Both the position numbers and the translations under genes were made by a program. Positions 1 through 13,319 of a stretch of DNA of 64,000 nucleotides are shown here, one piece after another. How positions within the stretch are numbered: the first letter of the stretch is position 1; the number at the start of each line of letters is the position of its first letter. Source of the DNA: Mesotaenium endlicherianum (Eukaryota); assembly GCA_009602735.1 (NCBI GenBank), contig WELA01001907.1:278129-342128 (forward strand), read 5' to 3'. The notes beneath the pieces were generated by a model that was not told the origin of the DNA, did no database searches, and was given only the letters and a program-made list of their open reading frames with translations.

Positions 1-1257
1 TCCGCCCCCAGCCAATCCCCCGCCAGCCTCGCCCCCACGCTCCCCCCAGCCTTCAACGCCCACTACATTGCCTCCTCCCATTTTCCCTCCTCCGTCTCCC
101 ACGCCACCATCCCTTTATCCTGCTGGGGCTAGCGAATGTTGCAAGGGGCTGAGTTTAGAAGGCTCTAAATTCAGAAACCTCATTCAGGATCCAACTTCTT
201 GCAGGTGTGCACCCATCTTCTCTTCTCATTTCTCTTGTCTATGAAGTTCTTATTTTTGCTTTAACCTACCATGATCCGGGACCTCGTTTTCCTTGGAGTG
301 CTACAGCCTGCCTCGTTGCCAAGCATTGCTTGCAGACAAAGCTCCTGATCCCCAGTCGGTGGCAGCCTGGCACGTACATCTCCTTCTTGCCGGCAACGTC
401 CTCTTAGTTTGCCAGGTGACAGGTGCTGAACCAGGCCTCTCAGCGTGTCAGTCGCGGATGCTTGTATTTGGTGGCATACAGGAACTTATGCCAAAACTGT
501 GTGAACGGCGAGCCAGAGTTTAGGCTTTCCTGTCCATCGGGCCAGATATATGACAACGATGTAGCGGGATGTATCCCCCAGGGGAACGCTCTCTGCCCAG
601 CTCTCAGGCCTTGCTGCTTTGAGAAGTCTGACTCCGACACCCTCTATCGGGATCCCGTGGACTGCAGGTATGCAGCACTCTGTATAGCGCTTTTTTTACG
701 CTTCTATCTCCATGCAAAATCAGCTCAATATATACGCCTCCTTTCGCTAGGTGCGTTGGGTGGCAGCAGGCCCATGACCCCCGGCTGACTTCCGGCCACA
801 ATTGAGAGGGTGAAGGTTGAAAGTTTGACTGGGTTCTTGTATAGTCTTTTGCCTGTCTGCCTGCTGTTGGTCGCAAGTTAGTTCAGCTCTTTGGTTGTTG
901 TCTTGCTTTTCGTTTTTCATTCCCCAGCCAGGCAAAGCATGGGATAGGCAGCATCTGACAACAAGAATCAAAGCGTGCGCTACCAGTCACTGTGGTGTGG
1001 TGCACGTGTTGTGAAATATGGAAATCTTATGCCTCAACTATGAGACTGGTTTGCTTCGTTGCTTCTTCCTACAGGAGATACTGCTTGTGCCAAGACGGCT
1101 ACGAAGTATCAATATATGCCTGCGATCTTGGAGAGCACTTTGACGAGACTGCCCAAACCTGCGTGCCGAAGGGGCAGACCACGTGCTCAGCGCCTCCAGG
1201 GTGCTGTGTTGACCGACCCAACCAAGACCAGCATTACTACGCTCCTTCCAACTGCCA
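1..1257 (+). CDS. Partial spliced gene: Pro-rich (extensin-like) segment followed by Cys-rich chitin-binding type-2 (peritrophin-A/CBM14)-like repeats; exons <1-204, 482-667, 1075-1257; 5' end outside the window, 3' exons not located
   Basis: Frame 2 reads PPPANPPPASPPRSPQPS...ECCKG...QDPTSCR. GT..AG introns, all phase 2, join it to RNLCQNCVNGEPEFRLSCPSGQIYDNDVAGCIP...CC...YRDPVDCR and RRYCLCQDG...ACDLGEHFDETAQTCVP...CC...YYAPSNC. The DPxxC...C...CxxGxx(Y/F)D...C spacing matches CBM14. Confidence 0.7.
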
Positions 1258-4200
1258 GTAAGATTTGCGCTTCTCTTCCCGCTCTTCAGAGCCCCCAGGG
1301 CAACGGCCTTGCATCAGAGCTTGTTCTTCCTTGTTTGCTCAGGTGATGGAGTTGCTAGCGCGCAGACTCTGGTGTCAAATGCTTGTCCCAAGGATCCACA
1401 CAGTCTCCATTCTGACTCTTTCTAGCTAGAAGCAGGAACCCCCCTTCTATTGCCCTGGCCAGTATCGCGCAGACCCACTGAAGGTTGTGGGCCCGTTTGT
1501 GTACCTCTCACAAAGGCTTGTGACGCCGAATCTTGCTCCTTAGTGTGTCCTTTGACTCCGTGCTCTTCGCTGTCTCTCCTTTCCCCGTGTGCGTAATGAC
1601 CGTGCATGTTCTTGGTGGAGCTTGACAGTGCCGACCAGGCTTCCACCTTTTGAAGACGAGGGGCTCTGAAGCCTGGCCCTCATCTCTTGCAGCTTTACAT
1701 TAGCCTGATGTAGTGCGCCCTCGGGGGCTGCTGTTGTGAGAGGCCATGGCGAGGCTTTGCCTCCCCTGATCTCCCCTCAGAGTCTGAAATGCGCTTTCAG
1801 TGAGGCCGCTTGCATTCGGAGGTGGTGCTTTCTCAGGAGTTTGTGGGAGAGAGGGCAGATCGGAGCGGGCCTTTATGGCTGCTTGTCAATAGGCGGGGTT
1901 ACGGGGGCTCTATGGGACAGGGCGTCTGTTCGGGCCCGACTGCGGCGGTCAGCCATTGCTGGCTTCGCGCCGGAACTTTTTCTATGCTTTGTTGTATGAG
2001 GGGATTGGAGGGTGCGGCCTGCGGTTTTTTGCAAGAGATAGGTCTGGTGTGGCCACGCATGCCTGGCGTTCGTTCGTGAGAGCACATTTTGCGGACCCTT
2101 ATCGAGATAGGAATGAGTTCTATATCCGCAGACTATACTAAAATCCACTCTCTTTCTCTCGGTCTGTGCCGACTCGTGCACCAAGTATGATGCCTAGTTT
2201 GTTTCTTCCTGCTCCTTGTGGCACTCTCTGCCGCTCTTGCTGTCAGCTCCTGCAGGGGCCCTTGCACATCAGATAGTGGCAATTTTCAGAAGCTCCTAGC
2301 TCCCCAGAGCTTTTTACATTCCCATTTCCAGTGGACGTTGCGCCTTCCTCTCCACAGGCGGTTCTCTTAGCCTCTGACACGGGATTCACGGACAGTCCCC
2401 ACGATGGTTGATGGAGAAAATGAGTCCGAGTCCTAAGTTGACAGTGGAGGTTCATGTGACGGGGGTCTTGTGGGCCCAGTCGATACTGCTATTGCAGTGC
2501 CGGCTTCCCCCTAGCGGGTGCCGGCGGGGACTGCGGTGACCTGTACTTAAACCCGGCAGAAGGAGATTGTACGAGCACACAACCAGTGCTCCCGTGCTAA
2601 TGATGACCATCCATACACAAGGTATGTGACATGAGGAGTTTGTCTTGCTCTTTGTGTGGCGCTTCCGTCTTGAGAAACTGGGGCAATCTTGTCATTCTTA
2701 TTGCTCTCCTTCTCAGATTGGCAGCTGGAAAAGGGTAGCAGCAGGGCACCTTGGCACCCAATGAGCTGTGTGCTGCTGTCTGACTGTGATGCACCCCTCT
2801 GCCCTCCTTGCAGCAACAAGTGGTAGATAGCTCGCAGTGGAGTTCATCAAGCGAGGAGATTCATGTTGTTGCAAGAGTAGGTCCTTTGCCTGAGTGAAGG
2901 TTGCTCAAGTGACAACGAAGGGAGAGTATTGACTAGGTGAGAGAAGAAGCGTGATGGAGAGAGTCAGGAGCAATAAGGATGACTTGGGGGAATGGGCCAC
3001 GATATTTTGAATAGACGTCATTCTCACCAAGAATCGAAGATTTAACCCTTGTGATTTTTGGTTGAAGCTCATGCAAATGTAGACATGTGATTTTGGTAGG
3101 AGCGCATGAAAAGCAGACACAAGCATGTGCACACGCACATATACACAAAGAGGGAGAATGGGTGCCTGACAAGAAAGGTGGGAAAAACAGTGTTTATGCA
3201 AGCCCATATTCGTTGTGGACACGCAAAGGATGGTGAGGAGTTTGGCATACTCAACTGTTACTTTCCACTTGCAATTGCCATGAGCATTCAAACGAGATAT
3301 TTGTGTCTAAGAGGGTCTCTCTTGAAGGCCTGCACCATCACTTGAGCACATGGCATGATCGAGAAGACCGTCTTACTTTGCTGTGTGGTGGTGACTCGTG
3401 ATGCGAGAGATGTTGCAGGTGTTTGAAGGCGTATGGGCACGGTGGTGCTGCGGGGCAAGGCTATCTGGGATGTCAAGAAGAAGATGCTTCTGGGGCCATT
3501 GACGCATTGTGGACTCGATAGTGGCCTTGCTCAGTTCTTAGTAGCACTTCCTGTTGTGCTCTTAGTACATGCCACGTGTGGCACTCTTTCAGGCGTGTTA
3601 TTTTGCCCACATGAATTTGTGCTTGGCAAGGTAGGTGCGACTTTCGTGATGCACGAGGGCATTCATATCGTGGTGAGTGCACTTTAGTTGCAGCTTGGTA
3701 GCGTTGTGTGTATTTGACATAGTGAATTTCATCCTCCTAGCATGCACCAGCACGGTTTTATCATAGGACCCCTGCAAGGGGCGGTATGAGTTTTTATCCG
3801 ACTGGGTATCGCATTAGGCTGTTGTCTTTGACTTGTGTTCCTTTTAGCTTGCAGTTTCTGTTTCCTTCTAAATCAAGCTTTTCATATGCTTCATCACATC
3901 TGCTGTAGGCACCTATCCTCGAAGCTCAGCACTTGTAGAGGTCAAGAACTATGTGGCCCCTCATTCAAAGGTCCTTCGACCATTCTTGGCAGCAAGTGCA
4001 TGGAAAGTCGTTCTTTAGATCATAAATGGTCTTGCCAATATGTAGGCATGTAGCAAACACATGAATTGCACGTGTATAGTCTGCAGCTCTTATGTGCACA
4101 TTTTGTTGCCGATAAGAACCTCTACGTGCCAAGACATAAGACATCAGTATGTCAGTTTTGTAGAACTTAAGGTGCTAGTTCACAACATGATAAGACGCCG

Positions 4201-6720
4201 CCTTGGGTACGCATGGAAAGTAAAACTATTTGAACGCTTAGCCACATTGATGGAGTTACCATCTACTCACTACAGTAATATGACGAAAGAGCAATAAGTG
4301 TAAGACCCGTGGACCATCAGTGAATACGATCATCCCTGTAAGATGCGAATGTTTTAAGTAGCAAAGAGTAGACTTGAAATGGGGTGCTAAGATAACCAAA
4401 ACCTATACCTTATGCTCGAACAAATTTTACCGCATTAATTCTGCTATCATGCACGCTAGTTTTTTGAAATTAAAGGACGAAGTTCTATCCTCTTGCAACC
4501 TTGTGCAAAACTTTTCATGTGTTAGCAGGTGATCTAGCCTAACTTTGACATCTCATCATCTATATAGGTAGACTATGTGTTGCCTATGCCTTCTGCATAC
4601 CAACAAGCTTGCTTCGTACGTAGGTATCCCACATTGAAAGAGGTGGTGGTGAGTGCTTCTAAGGGTTGTAGGTTGGTAGATCTAATTCATAGGGAGATGG
4701 AAGTTGCAAGGCATCACAAAAATGCCAGTGTGGAACCTTTCAGAGGGCCATTGTGTGTCTTAGAACGATGGGTGGGCTCGAGGGGTCGCGCTAAGGGCCA
4801 AAAGGTACATTTCACTGAAGTCCAAATACCTCACAAAGTAACCAACTAGATGACGCGATATTGGTCGCGTTGGGAAGCTTTCATGACCTTCAATTCTGAC
4901 TCGCAATAGATCAACTACATGAAAATCGCAGTGTTGTGCGATGGTTTTAGGTTGACCCATGGTTGATCTTGACACAATTAAAAAATGCCATGGTTGTCGT
5001 GCCTACGAGTTAGTGAATTTTGACAAAGTTCGTGCACGGAGTATCGGAGTGGACCAATGTGAAGAATATGGGGGGCAGCCAGGGCAGGGCACAGACGACG
5101 ACTTCGAGAAGTCAAAATTTCCCGGAAAGGAGGGAAGGGGGGGAAGGTTTGGCTCCGACCAATAGCTATCCAACGTTTTGTTTATGCAACTTTTATTCCA
5201 TACTTAGTTCTCCCTTAGTCGCTTTTGTTTCCAAACTGGTAATTCTCCCGAATGCTGAGGGCAACTACCAGCTAAAGAGGGAGAGTAGCAGAGAGTAGTG
5301 TTGTATATTGACAGTCGACAGTCGACATTCAAGCCGAGCCGTTGAGATTAAGAATGTTATCCCACTAGGCTGTTTCGCACCCCCTATATTTATAGGGAGC
5401 CGCCCAAATCCGTAGGTTTTGTCAGCTACGCCCTTCCTAAGCTTTAGGGAAGCACCGCGACGGCGCAATAGGGCCGCAACATCTTCTAGACCTATGCCAC
5501 ATTTGATTCTATGTTCGAACATAAGTGGTCCATTTGAAGTGGAGTGTGGGCGTTTGCTTCTTATTACGTGCCATGTAATAAAACGCCCAATCATAGCAAA
5601 AACAAAGCTTAGGGAGGTGTGACTGGGTAAATTGAAGGGTGATAGAGTAGGCCGGTCAACGCCGAGGCCTAGGGTCAATACCTAGAAAGAGTTGGTTAAG
5701 CCAGGTGGTTTTGGATAAGAGCGGCGTCCCAAAGGCCTGTATTGGGCAGACGGTGTATTGGGCAGACGGTGATCAGGCAAAATAAGAGATGTCACCTTAT
5801 TTCTCTCATACCCGGCACACCCTCCGAATGATCCTAGACACTGTGTGCTTAGTTTTGGTGTCGTAATGATGTGCTTCTCTCCCTCCATTACGAAATAGAG
5901 TCACATTTCGAAGTGCCATCACTTTTGCGCATAAGAAGGAAGAGATCCATTGAGGAAGCAACTATTCAAAGCCATGATGTGAGTCGGTCCAAAAAAGTAA
6001 GGAGTGAGGCCATGGGTAAGTCTTCGGCCCACCTTTGAAGATTGAAAAAGGCGAATATCTTTTAGAAGCTAAGGCGCTACTGTGGCGAGCATCTTTGCGC
6101 TCTAGGAGCAGAAGATATTTCGAAAAATAAATAAATCGGGTCCATTGAACTGTCAATATGTAACTATATGATGTGAAATAAATGTCAACAAATGGAAGAC
6201 GGAGTGCAAGAGCTCATAAAGGCTTTATGTGGATGGTTGAACATCTTGCGAATGAGCTTAAAAAGAAACATAGAACAACAAGAGTCATTTGCGCATGAGG
6301 GCCTAGTTTCATGGCAAAGGAGATAAACGCCAAAAATGAACATTGTTAATTAACTACAAAACTCTGGTGTCGCTTAAAAGCGTATATTGGGGAAAACGCA
6401 CACCCCGTATCAAAGGCTGTCTGCCAGGAGGTCAGCACGAGCGCATCCCAGAAGTAGGTTGAAATGATTTGACGAAGTATAACTCTAGGTTTCTGAAGCA
6501 ATCAAAAGCAAGAGAAAGATTCGAGAGAGTGACTTAAAAAACCAAAAAGCACCGGCCCCATTTGAATGTCGAAAAGGCAGGTCGAGTTCATTCTCTTTCA
6601 TTCAAGTCATATGAATAGACCATTTGACAATTTGTGTTCAAATTGCCTGATTTCGAAAGAAAGAAGGTGATATTAGAAAGAATAGTAGGAGTAGTAGTAT
6701 GCAATAAACAAGAAGTTGGG

Positions 6721-9445
6721 TGTAATGAATTAGTATATTAGTGGATATAATATTCATTTAAATATAATAGTTAAATAAGTTCAGCCTGCTGAACTCTAGT
6801 TAATAATCAGTCTGCTGGACTTTATATTCAATATCAGTTTAATGACTCGGCCGAAAGAAGCAGGCTGAAGTCAACTTAAGTCAGCTCGCTAACACATTCT
6901 TTGACAGCCAGCTGACTTCCGTACTCGGTAGCAGCGAACTGCCTTGATATGCATCTAAGTACGACATGCTAGATGAATGGCCAGATGACATCCCTATGAT
7001 GGATGGCTATTTGGGATGATGGGAGATGGCGGTGGATTTGGTTAACCGAGGTCCTACAAACGTGGTTAACTCCCGCGTAGGCGGTGCCATTGCACTGACC
7101 GTTGAACAGTAAACCCATTCCATGTACATATGCTAGGCATTGCTCTCGAGTTCGGCATTCGGAAACGAGGCCAACTCTCTGGTACAGCTTACTGAGAGAA
7201 ATCTGAATCCAAGGCGAGAAGCCATTGATACGCACTGTCTTCTAACCTTGCTTATGTATGAGTTTACTGATTTGCATTATTGATGCTAGTTTACTCTCAT
7301 TTGACTGACGAGTATTATTCACTGCTAGTGTGTTGTCCTTTGCCGTTTAATCAGTTAACGGAAAATACCATAAAGATTACTTGCTGATATAAAGATCTTT
7401 ATTAATTGTTAATCGCCTATTTGGTAAGTCGATTCATTTCAGTGGTATCGGAGCAGTTATCACAGTCTTCTTTGTATGGTAAGGACAAGGTCTCAAACTA
7501 GCAACTCCCGAGACATGGAGAACCAGGATAACGAGAATGTCGAAAACCAGGCGTAAAGCCATGTAGCGGGAAACCGTACCTATTCTGAAGCAGTAGCAGA
7601 TACTGCAGCTAAAGAGGCTGCAGATGAGGCAGCTGCTATTGCCGCAGTCGCAGCACAGCAAGCTGAGGAGGAGAGAGCCAGATTAGAAGCTGAACAANNN
7701 NNNNNNNNNNNNNNNNNNNNNNNNNNNNNNNNNNNNNNNNNNNNNNNNNNNNNNNNNNNNNNNNNNNNNNNNNNNNNNNNNNNNNNNNNNNNNNNNNNNN
7801 NNNNNNNNNNNNNNNNNNNNNNNNNNNNNNNNNNNNNNNNNNNNNNTACCCCTAGGTCAAATACGTGACCGGCTGAATGCGGCAGGAATTGCTGCTGCAG
7901 GAGGGAGAGGGATTGTTGAGGACACTACTCAGCAAGTAGATGCCAATGCAACTGCTGCATTTGCTAATCTACCACCCCAAAGTGTAGACTTGGGAGCATT
8001 GTTCGTTCAGATGCAGTCGCAAATGGCGACCATGTATCAGTCCCAGCAGGAGGACAAAAGAATCATAATGTCCCTACTGCGGGACAGAGACCAACTGGGG
8101 TCTCACACCACTAGTGGTGGTGGCCGAGGGCCTAGTAAGCCCAAGCCGAAACCTCCCCAGGACTATGATCCTGAGGGAAACAGAAAATATTACCTGATCA
8201 AGTTTCTCGCGGATGTTGAGCAGTGGCTGGAGAACTACCCAGAACTGCAAGATTACGAGAAGGTCAGGCACACCGGTGCGCTACTGAAAGGCAGTGCCGC
8301 AGACTGGTGGCTTTACTGGAAGGAAGAGCGTAAGGCTCGGCAACTCGGTGACCCTACGTGGGTAGAGTTTGTCGAGAAGTTGCATGAGAAGTTTGATGTC
8401 ATCAACCAGCAGGAGAAAGCTATCTATGCGATGATCTCCCTGACACTGAAGCAGACCACTTCAGTTGCTGAGTTTGCTCAAAAGTTCCAAGAGAACATGA
8501 TGAAGCAGCCTGATTTGCCAGAACGGTATAGGATAGCATACTTCAGGTATGGCTTGAAATCCGAGGTCTCTGGTCATTTTGCTGAGAAAAAGTATGAGAA
8601 ACTGGCTGACTTGATCCAGGATGCTGACGCCTGGGATCAGCAGCAGTTCAATCACAAGCGCCAGAGTAACGCTTTGGTGTCTAAGATTGTCAAAAAGCCC
8701 CACGGTTCCTACAATGCAGTTGAAGGAGACCAGGCTGAGGATAATCAGGGTGATGAATATGAGTATGAGTACAATGCTATTCAGTCTAGAGGTAGAGGTG
8801 GTCCCTCTCGAGGTGGCTATGGAAGGGGTGGTGGTAGGACTAAGCCGAGACCAGCCTCAGCAAAATCTACTTGCTACCATTGTCAGCAGAAAGGCCACTA
8901 CAGAGAACAGTGTCCGGTCAAGCACCTGCCTAAGGTCGAGAGAAAAGACCAGCCTTTAAAAGACAGCAACAGTCAGTAATCCAGTCTACTGACTGTGAGG
9001 ATGCTAGAGATAGTGAGTCGTCACTAGCTGCCCTCGTAGCAGGTATTATGGGTCCTGCTGAACTGGATTCACTATGCATGCCTGACAACCAGATAAAGGA
9101 GACCATCAGCAATATAGACGTCCAGAGAGTGCACACTCTGGATGCTCTTGTTCCACCTGATGTCCAACATTTCTTTGCTACGTCAGGAGAACAATGCGAA
9201 AGTCAGGAAAAGACAGTCCCCCCTATCCTACTGCATTGCATGATTGCAGGTAGGAAGGTGAGGGCATTTGTTGACGGAGGGGCGTCACATACTTTTATCC
9301 ACAAGGACTTAGTTAAGCGGCTAAGGCTGCCTACTGTCACCCAAGGGAATAGAAAAATATTCCTTGGAGATGCCTCAAGTATCCCGGGAGGAGTTATAAC
9401 CAAACCTATTGAGGTCCAGTTAGGTTCTGGCATTGCAGTTCTAAC
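6721..9445 (+). mobile_element. Family A chromovirus copy A1, 3'-truncated: 5' LTR 6721-7441, PBS 7443-7454, gag with premature stop, protease; breaks off at 9445
   Basis: LTR TGTAATG...TTTCA and PBS TGGTATCGGAGC. gag ATG at 7476 has GCG-TAA where copy A2 has GCG-GAA. The rest is near-identical to 14822-16766 (zinc knuckle CYHCQQKGHYREQC, protease FVDGGASH). Confidence 0.93.
7698..7846. other. Assembly gap (N run) inside A1 gag
   Basis: 149 N; both flanks are colinear with the A2 gag. Confidence 0.99.
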
Positions 9446-9849
9446 GTAGTTGAGAAGCCCTTTAAAAAAATGTGGAAGCCATCATGGCCTGGTCAACCGG
9501 GGCTACCTTTGCTAAAAGGAAGAACGTCTTAAGTCCTTTAAGAAAACGACGCGCATCAGACCCTGGGCCACCTTGAAGCTTTTCAGGCGGAGAGGGCTTG
9601 TAGGAAGGTCAGTGCCGAGGCCTGCCCAAGATTGGCACGTGGAATGGGCTAAGTGACGTCGCCAGCGGTCCCCCCCGTGTCCGTCCCCCACTAGGCAACC
9701 TACAAGTAAGAATAAAGAGTGGGGTGAGATTCCATCCTGGGAATAAAGCGAATGACTACCTCAGTTGATTGGCTTCAACGAGCGACATACGGTCCTTGGT
9801 ACGATTAGGAACGTCGAACAAAGTGCTTAGAGCTATGGTCATGGTGTAA

Positions 9850-10432
9850 TTGTTATAAGTAAGCTTGAAGACGGCTTATTGTGCGCTTGACATCGGAGTG
9901 CCCAAGTTCCGGGTGCACACTGAGCACCAACTGGTGCGTATAAGAGGCTTGAGGATCACCAAGACGGAGCCGTCTGCCATCACATGACGTACTTGGCCCT
10001 CCATGTAGACAGAATAGCGGCTGCGTTTGAGGACGCAGACGCGCTCCCTCAAAGGTGTCATGCGTCATCTGCTACGTGAGATATACTGAAGTCGAGTCAA
10101 ATTGTCACGTCCTTTGAACCTCGCAGCTCGGTGTCTTGCTCCTCTGCTGCAGCCATGGCAATGCGCCATGCATGTTGTGACAGTGACGACGTCAAGGTTG
10201 ATGAGCCCCGCAAGCTGAACGTTGCCGTCGACGGTGAAGGCTAGAAATGTCACCGCGTGCCTGGCCATCGACTCGTCCTCCTCGTGGCGGCCATTGAGAG
10301 GTCTCTCAACGATGGCTAAGGTTTATGGCTGATGGTGGTGCACGTCAAATTTGTAATCGTGGAGTATGAGTGCCTATCGCATGTACTCGCTAGTGAGGCG
10401 CCCTGAGATCATGAGCCACTTGAGTGGCTGGT
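9850..10432 (-). pseudogene. pol: End of RNase H and integrase Zn-binding region of the same element
   Basis: QPLKWLMISGRLTSEYMR*ALILHDYKFDVHH continues directly from GNH at 11669 once the solo LTR is removed; VMADGSVLVILKP and HPELGHSDVKRTISRL follow. Confidence 0.75.
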
Positions 10433-11668
10433 TGTAATGCATCAATTCATTATTTATTTAATCAATTGCACACACACATATCACTAAATAAATAATATGT
10501 CAATCTACTCACATATGCGAGTCCATCCAAATGAATATGTATCAATAGAATGGGAGTTTACTCACTTTGTCAAAAAGGTCAGCCGAATGATTTTTGTATC
10601 ATATTGTAGTTTGCTGACTTTGTCGAGGTCAGCAAGATGACATTTTGTATCAGAGTATAGGTTGCTGAGATTATTTGTGTAAGTATAGAATATAATATCA
10701 ACAGGCTGATATATAGTAGCTTGTATAAAAGTAGCAAGTATACTTGGACTCAGTACGATGAGGATAGATATATTTGTTTAGATGATTATCTGTAGATTTG
10801 GCACATGTGACCGTAGTATACTGAAAGTCGGGAGGTCGACTAAGATTCGGTAAATTGATGTCGTACCAGTGTGGTCAAATCCTGCGTAGGCGGAGCCGTC
10901 GTTAGTCAACTGAACAGTTAAGGCTTCAATCAACCGACCAATTGATATGGTCGTTACACCTAGATCCGTGCGTCCCAACTTAACGGGTTTCCCATGAGAC
11001 GGCGTACCTTGCGCCGTGGTCAACCAGGTGGTCACTAGGTACATAGCAGGCCGAGATCTCGTGATCCCTCATTCTGGACAGTAGGCTTTACAGTCGGATT
11101 TCAACTTGCAAACCATGTGTGCACTTTTGGGTTCGTTATTATGACCAGCTTTCACGAAAATTGCCATGGCATCTTCATGTGTGCTTCAGATCAAGCAAAC
11201 TAGGGCTTTTTGAAAAGATCTTATCAGCATGCATCCGTTGCTAGTAAGTTTGCTCAATTTGGATAAGTATTGACAGAGTTATGTCTTCTGACATTTCAGG
11301 GTCACTTAGTGGACAGATTCCATGGTTTGCATCTAAGTCCGTGGCATGTGTTTTAGCTACATTAAGGTCATCTGAATGAGAGCGCCTTCGCTATTCAATC
11401 CTTAAATGTTGTGTACGTGCTAATACATGCTTGTATGCGTGGTAGGCAAGAGGCCATGAGTTTCTAAAGGAGAAGCTCTAGTCCTCAAGTTAGCCCCTTT
11501 CTTGTGCCTTGTGTTAGTGTGCAACTATGGCACACTATGTTAAGTGGGTCAAGGGGTATATATGAGTAAACGGAATTAATCATAAGGGCAAAGATCGCTT
11601 TCTAATTTTACACGCTTCCACCTATCTCTGATCTTATATATTGTCTTAAATAAGCAAAACTTATTTCA
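10433..11668 (+). mobile_element. Solo LTR, family C (1236 bp), distantly related to the family A LTR
   Basis: TGTAATG...TTTCA ends; perfect 5-bp TSD CTGGT (10428-10432 and 11669-11673); interrupts RNase H. Confidence 0.92.
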
Positions 11669-12960
11669 CTGGTGGTTGCCGACAAGGCAGAAGGAGGCCC
11701 CGTATAAGTAGTGTTGGAAGTGCACAATAGCCCATACTACTGCAAGGCACTCACCCTCATCAGACTCGTACTTACCCTCCACGTGGTTGTTGCTGCGGCA
11801 AGCGTAGGCCACCACATACTCCACGTCGTCATGCTCCTTGACTAGCATCGCTTCTAGCCCCGCCTGCAACCAGGCCTTGTGCAGGATGAGGGACTTGATG
11901 TGGTTGGGCCGCCCCAGCACCAAGATTCTCAGCAGTAGCTCCTTTAGTTTGTCAAAGACCGCCCGTTGCTCCATGTCCTTAACATAAGCGACCCCCTTCT
12001 GCAGCTGGTCGTTGAGACGCATAGCGAACTTGTTCAAACGTGGCACAAATCGTTGGCAATAGTTGGCCAGCCCCAAAAAAGCTCTCAACTTGGAAATGTG
12101 CATAGAAGGCAAGGTGCCCGTGATGGCTAAAAATATTGGCTAACTCGGGTGCCGACCCGTTGGCGGAGAGGAGATGCCCCAAGTACTCCACCTCCCTTGT
12201 GCCAAACGTGCACTTGCCTGTGTGACACTTGAGCCCAACGTCAGCCAAACACTCTTGCAATATCGGATGTGCTCCACACACTCCTTGAACGTTCCGTTGA
12301 AGACGCACAATGTTAATGTAACACCAAGCAAAGAAAAACCCTGCCAGCTCGTTATGTATGACTTGCTGGAAGATGATGGGCGCGTTCTTGAGGTTGAATG
12401 GCATTGTCTTTCATTGCTATAGCATGTTCGTGTCCCAGAACACCGTCTTGTGCCTTGTCTTCATTTGTAATAGGGTTTTAGTTGAAGCCCTGCCTCAAGT
12501 CCAAAATGGGGAATTATGTGCAATTGCCCATGTTGTCAAACATCTCGTGAGGTATAGGCATGTAATAGCGGCCTTGCTTTGTGACTTCATTTAGCGCCGG
12601 ATATTTGTCGCACACCCTCTTCTCTTACCATTGTCCAAAGAGATCCTTCTTTGTTGGCATTGCTGCAGGGGCGGCGTAGTCCACATTTGACTCCTCAATA
12701 AGTCCCGCCTCTTGCAACTTGCTAGCTCTAACGTCCCCTAGGCCGTTCTTGAAGTTGCTAAGATAGCACCTCTTTTTAGAGACGGCTCGTCTGCCGTGAG
12801 AGGAAGCTTTGGAAGGGTGCCCTTGTAGACCTTAAGCCTCTTCATGCTGCTTGTAAAGTTGACGCTGCGTCTTGCGTTCAAGAGCGCCGTCAGGTGCGCA
12901 GCCTGTGACTCTGTCAGCGTCCCCCCCAGCTTCCACGTAGGGGTGGTTAGAGGCTTCCTG
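11669..12960 (-). pseudogene. pol: RT and RNase H of the methyltransferase-bearing gypsy element
   Basis: ORFs 11979-12404, 12140-12331 and 11666-12112, plus the upstream KKDxxGxW RT N-terminus; many stops and frameshifts. Confidence 0.9.
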
Positions 12961-13319
12961 CCCTGCTAGTGGCGTCTTCTCCTCGGCCACCGCTGCGAGT
13001 TTTCCTCTGCTACCTGCCTGAGGACAGGAAATTTAAAGAAGGAGACCTGTTTTCTTTGAGCCGGTGGAACTCCTTCGTTCTTCTTCCATCCCCTCAACGA
13101 ACCAAAGCTAGAGCGAGAGTCGTAAGAGTCACCGATCCCTGGAGGTGGCGAGGGATTACGAGAAGGCCTTGCACGCTATAGATGAGGATGAAGTCTGGAA
13201 GGTTTTGGGGTGGTAGAATCCTCCTTCGGTCCCGGTATGTCATCCTGGACCTCAAAGTGGCAAGGCTTCTCCGATTGGCGAGCCGTCGCGTATAGAGGGG
13301 TCAGTACCTGGATGCCCCG

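Noticed and set aside
1260..6720. Many short ORFs, possible further exons or transposon relics, and a 16-bp tandem repeat near 5737-5770
   Set aside because: No recognisable motifs, consistent splice chain or terminal repeats; left unclassified.
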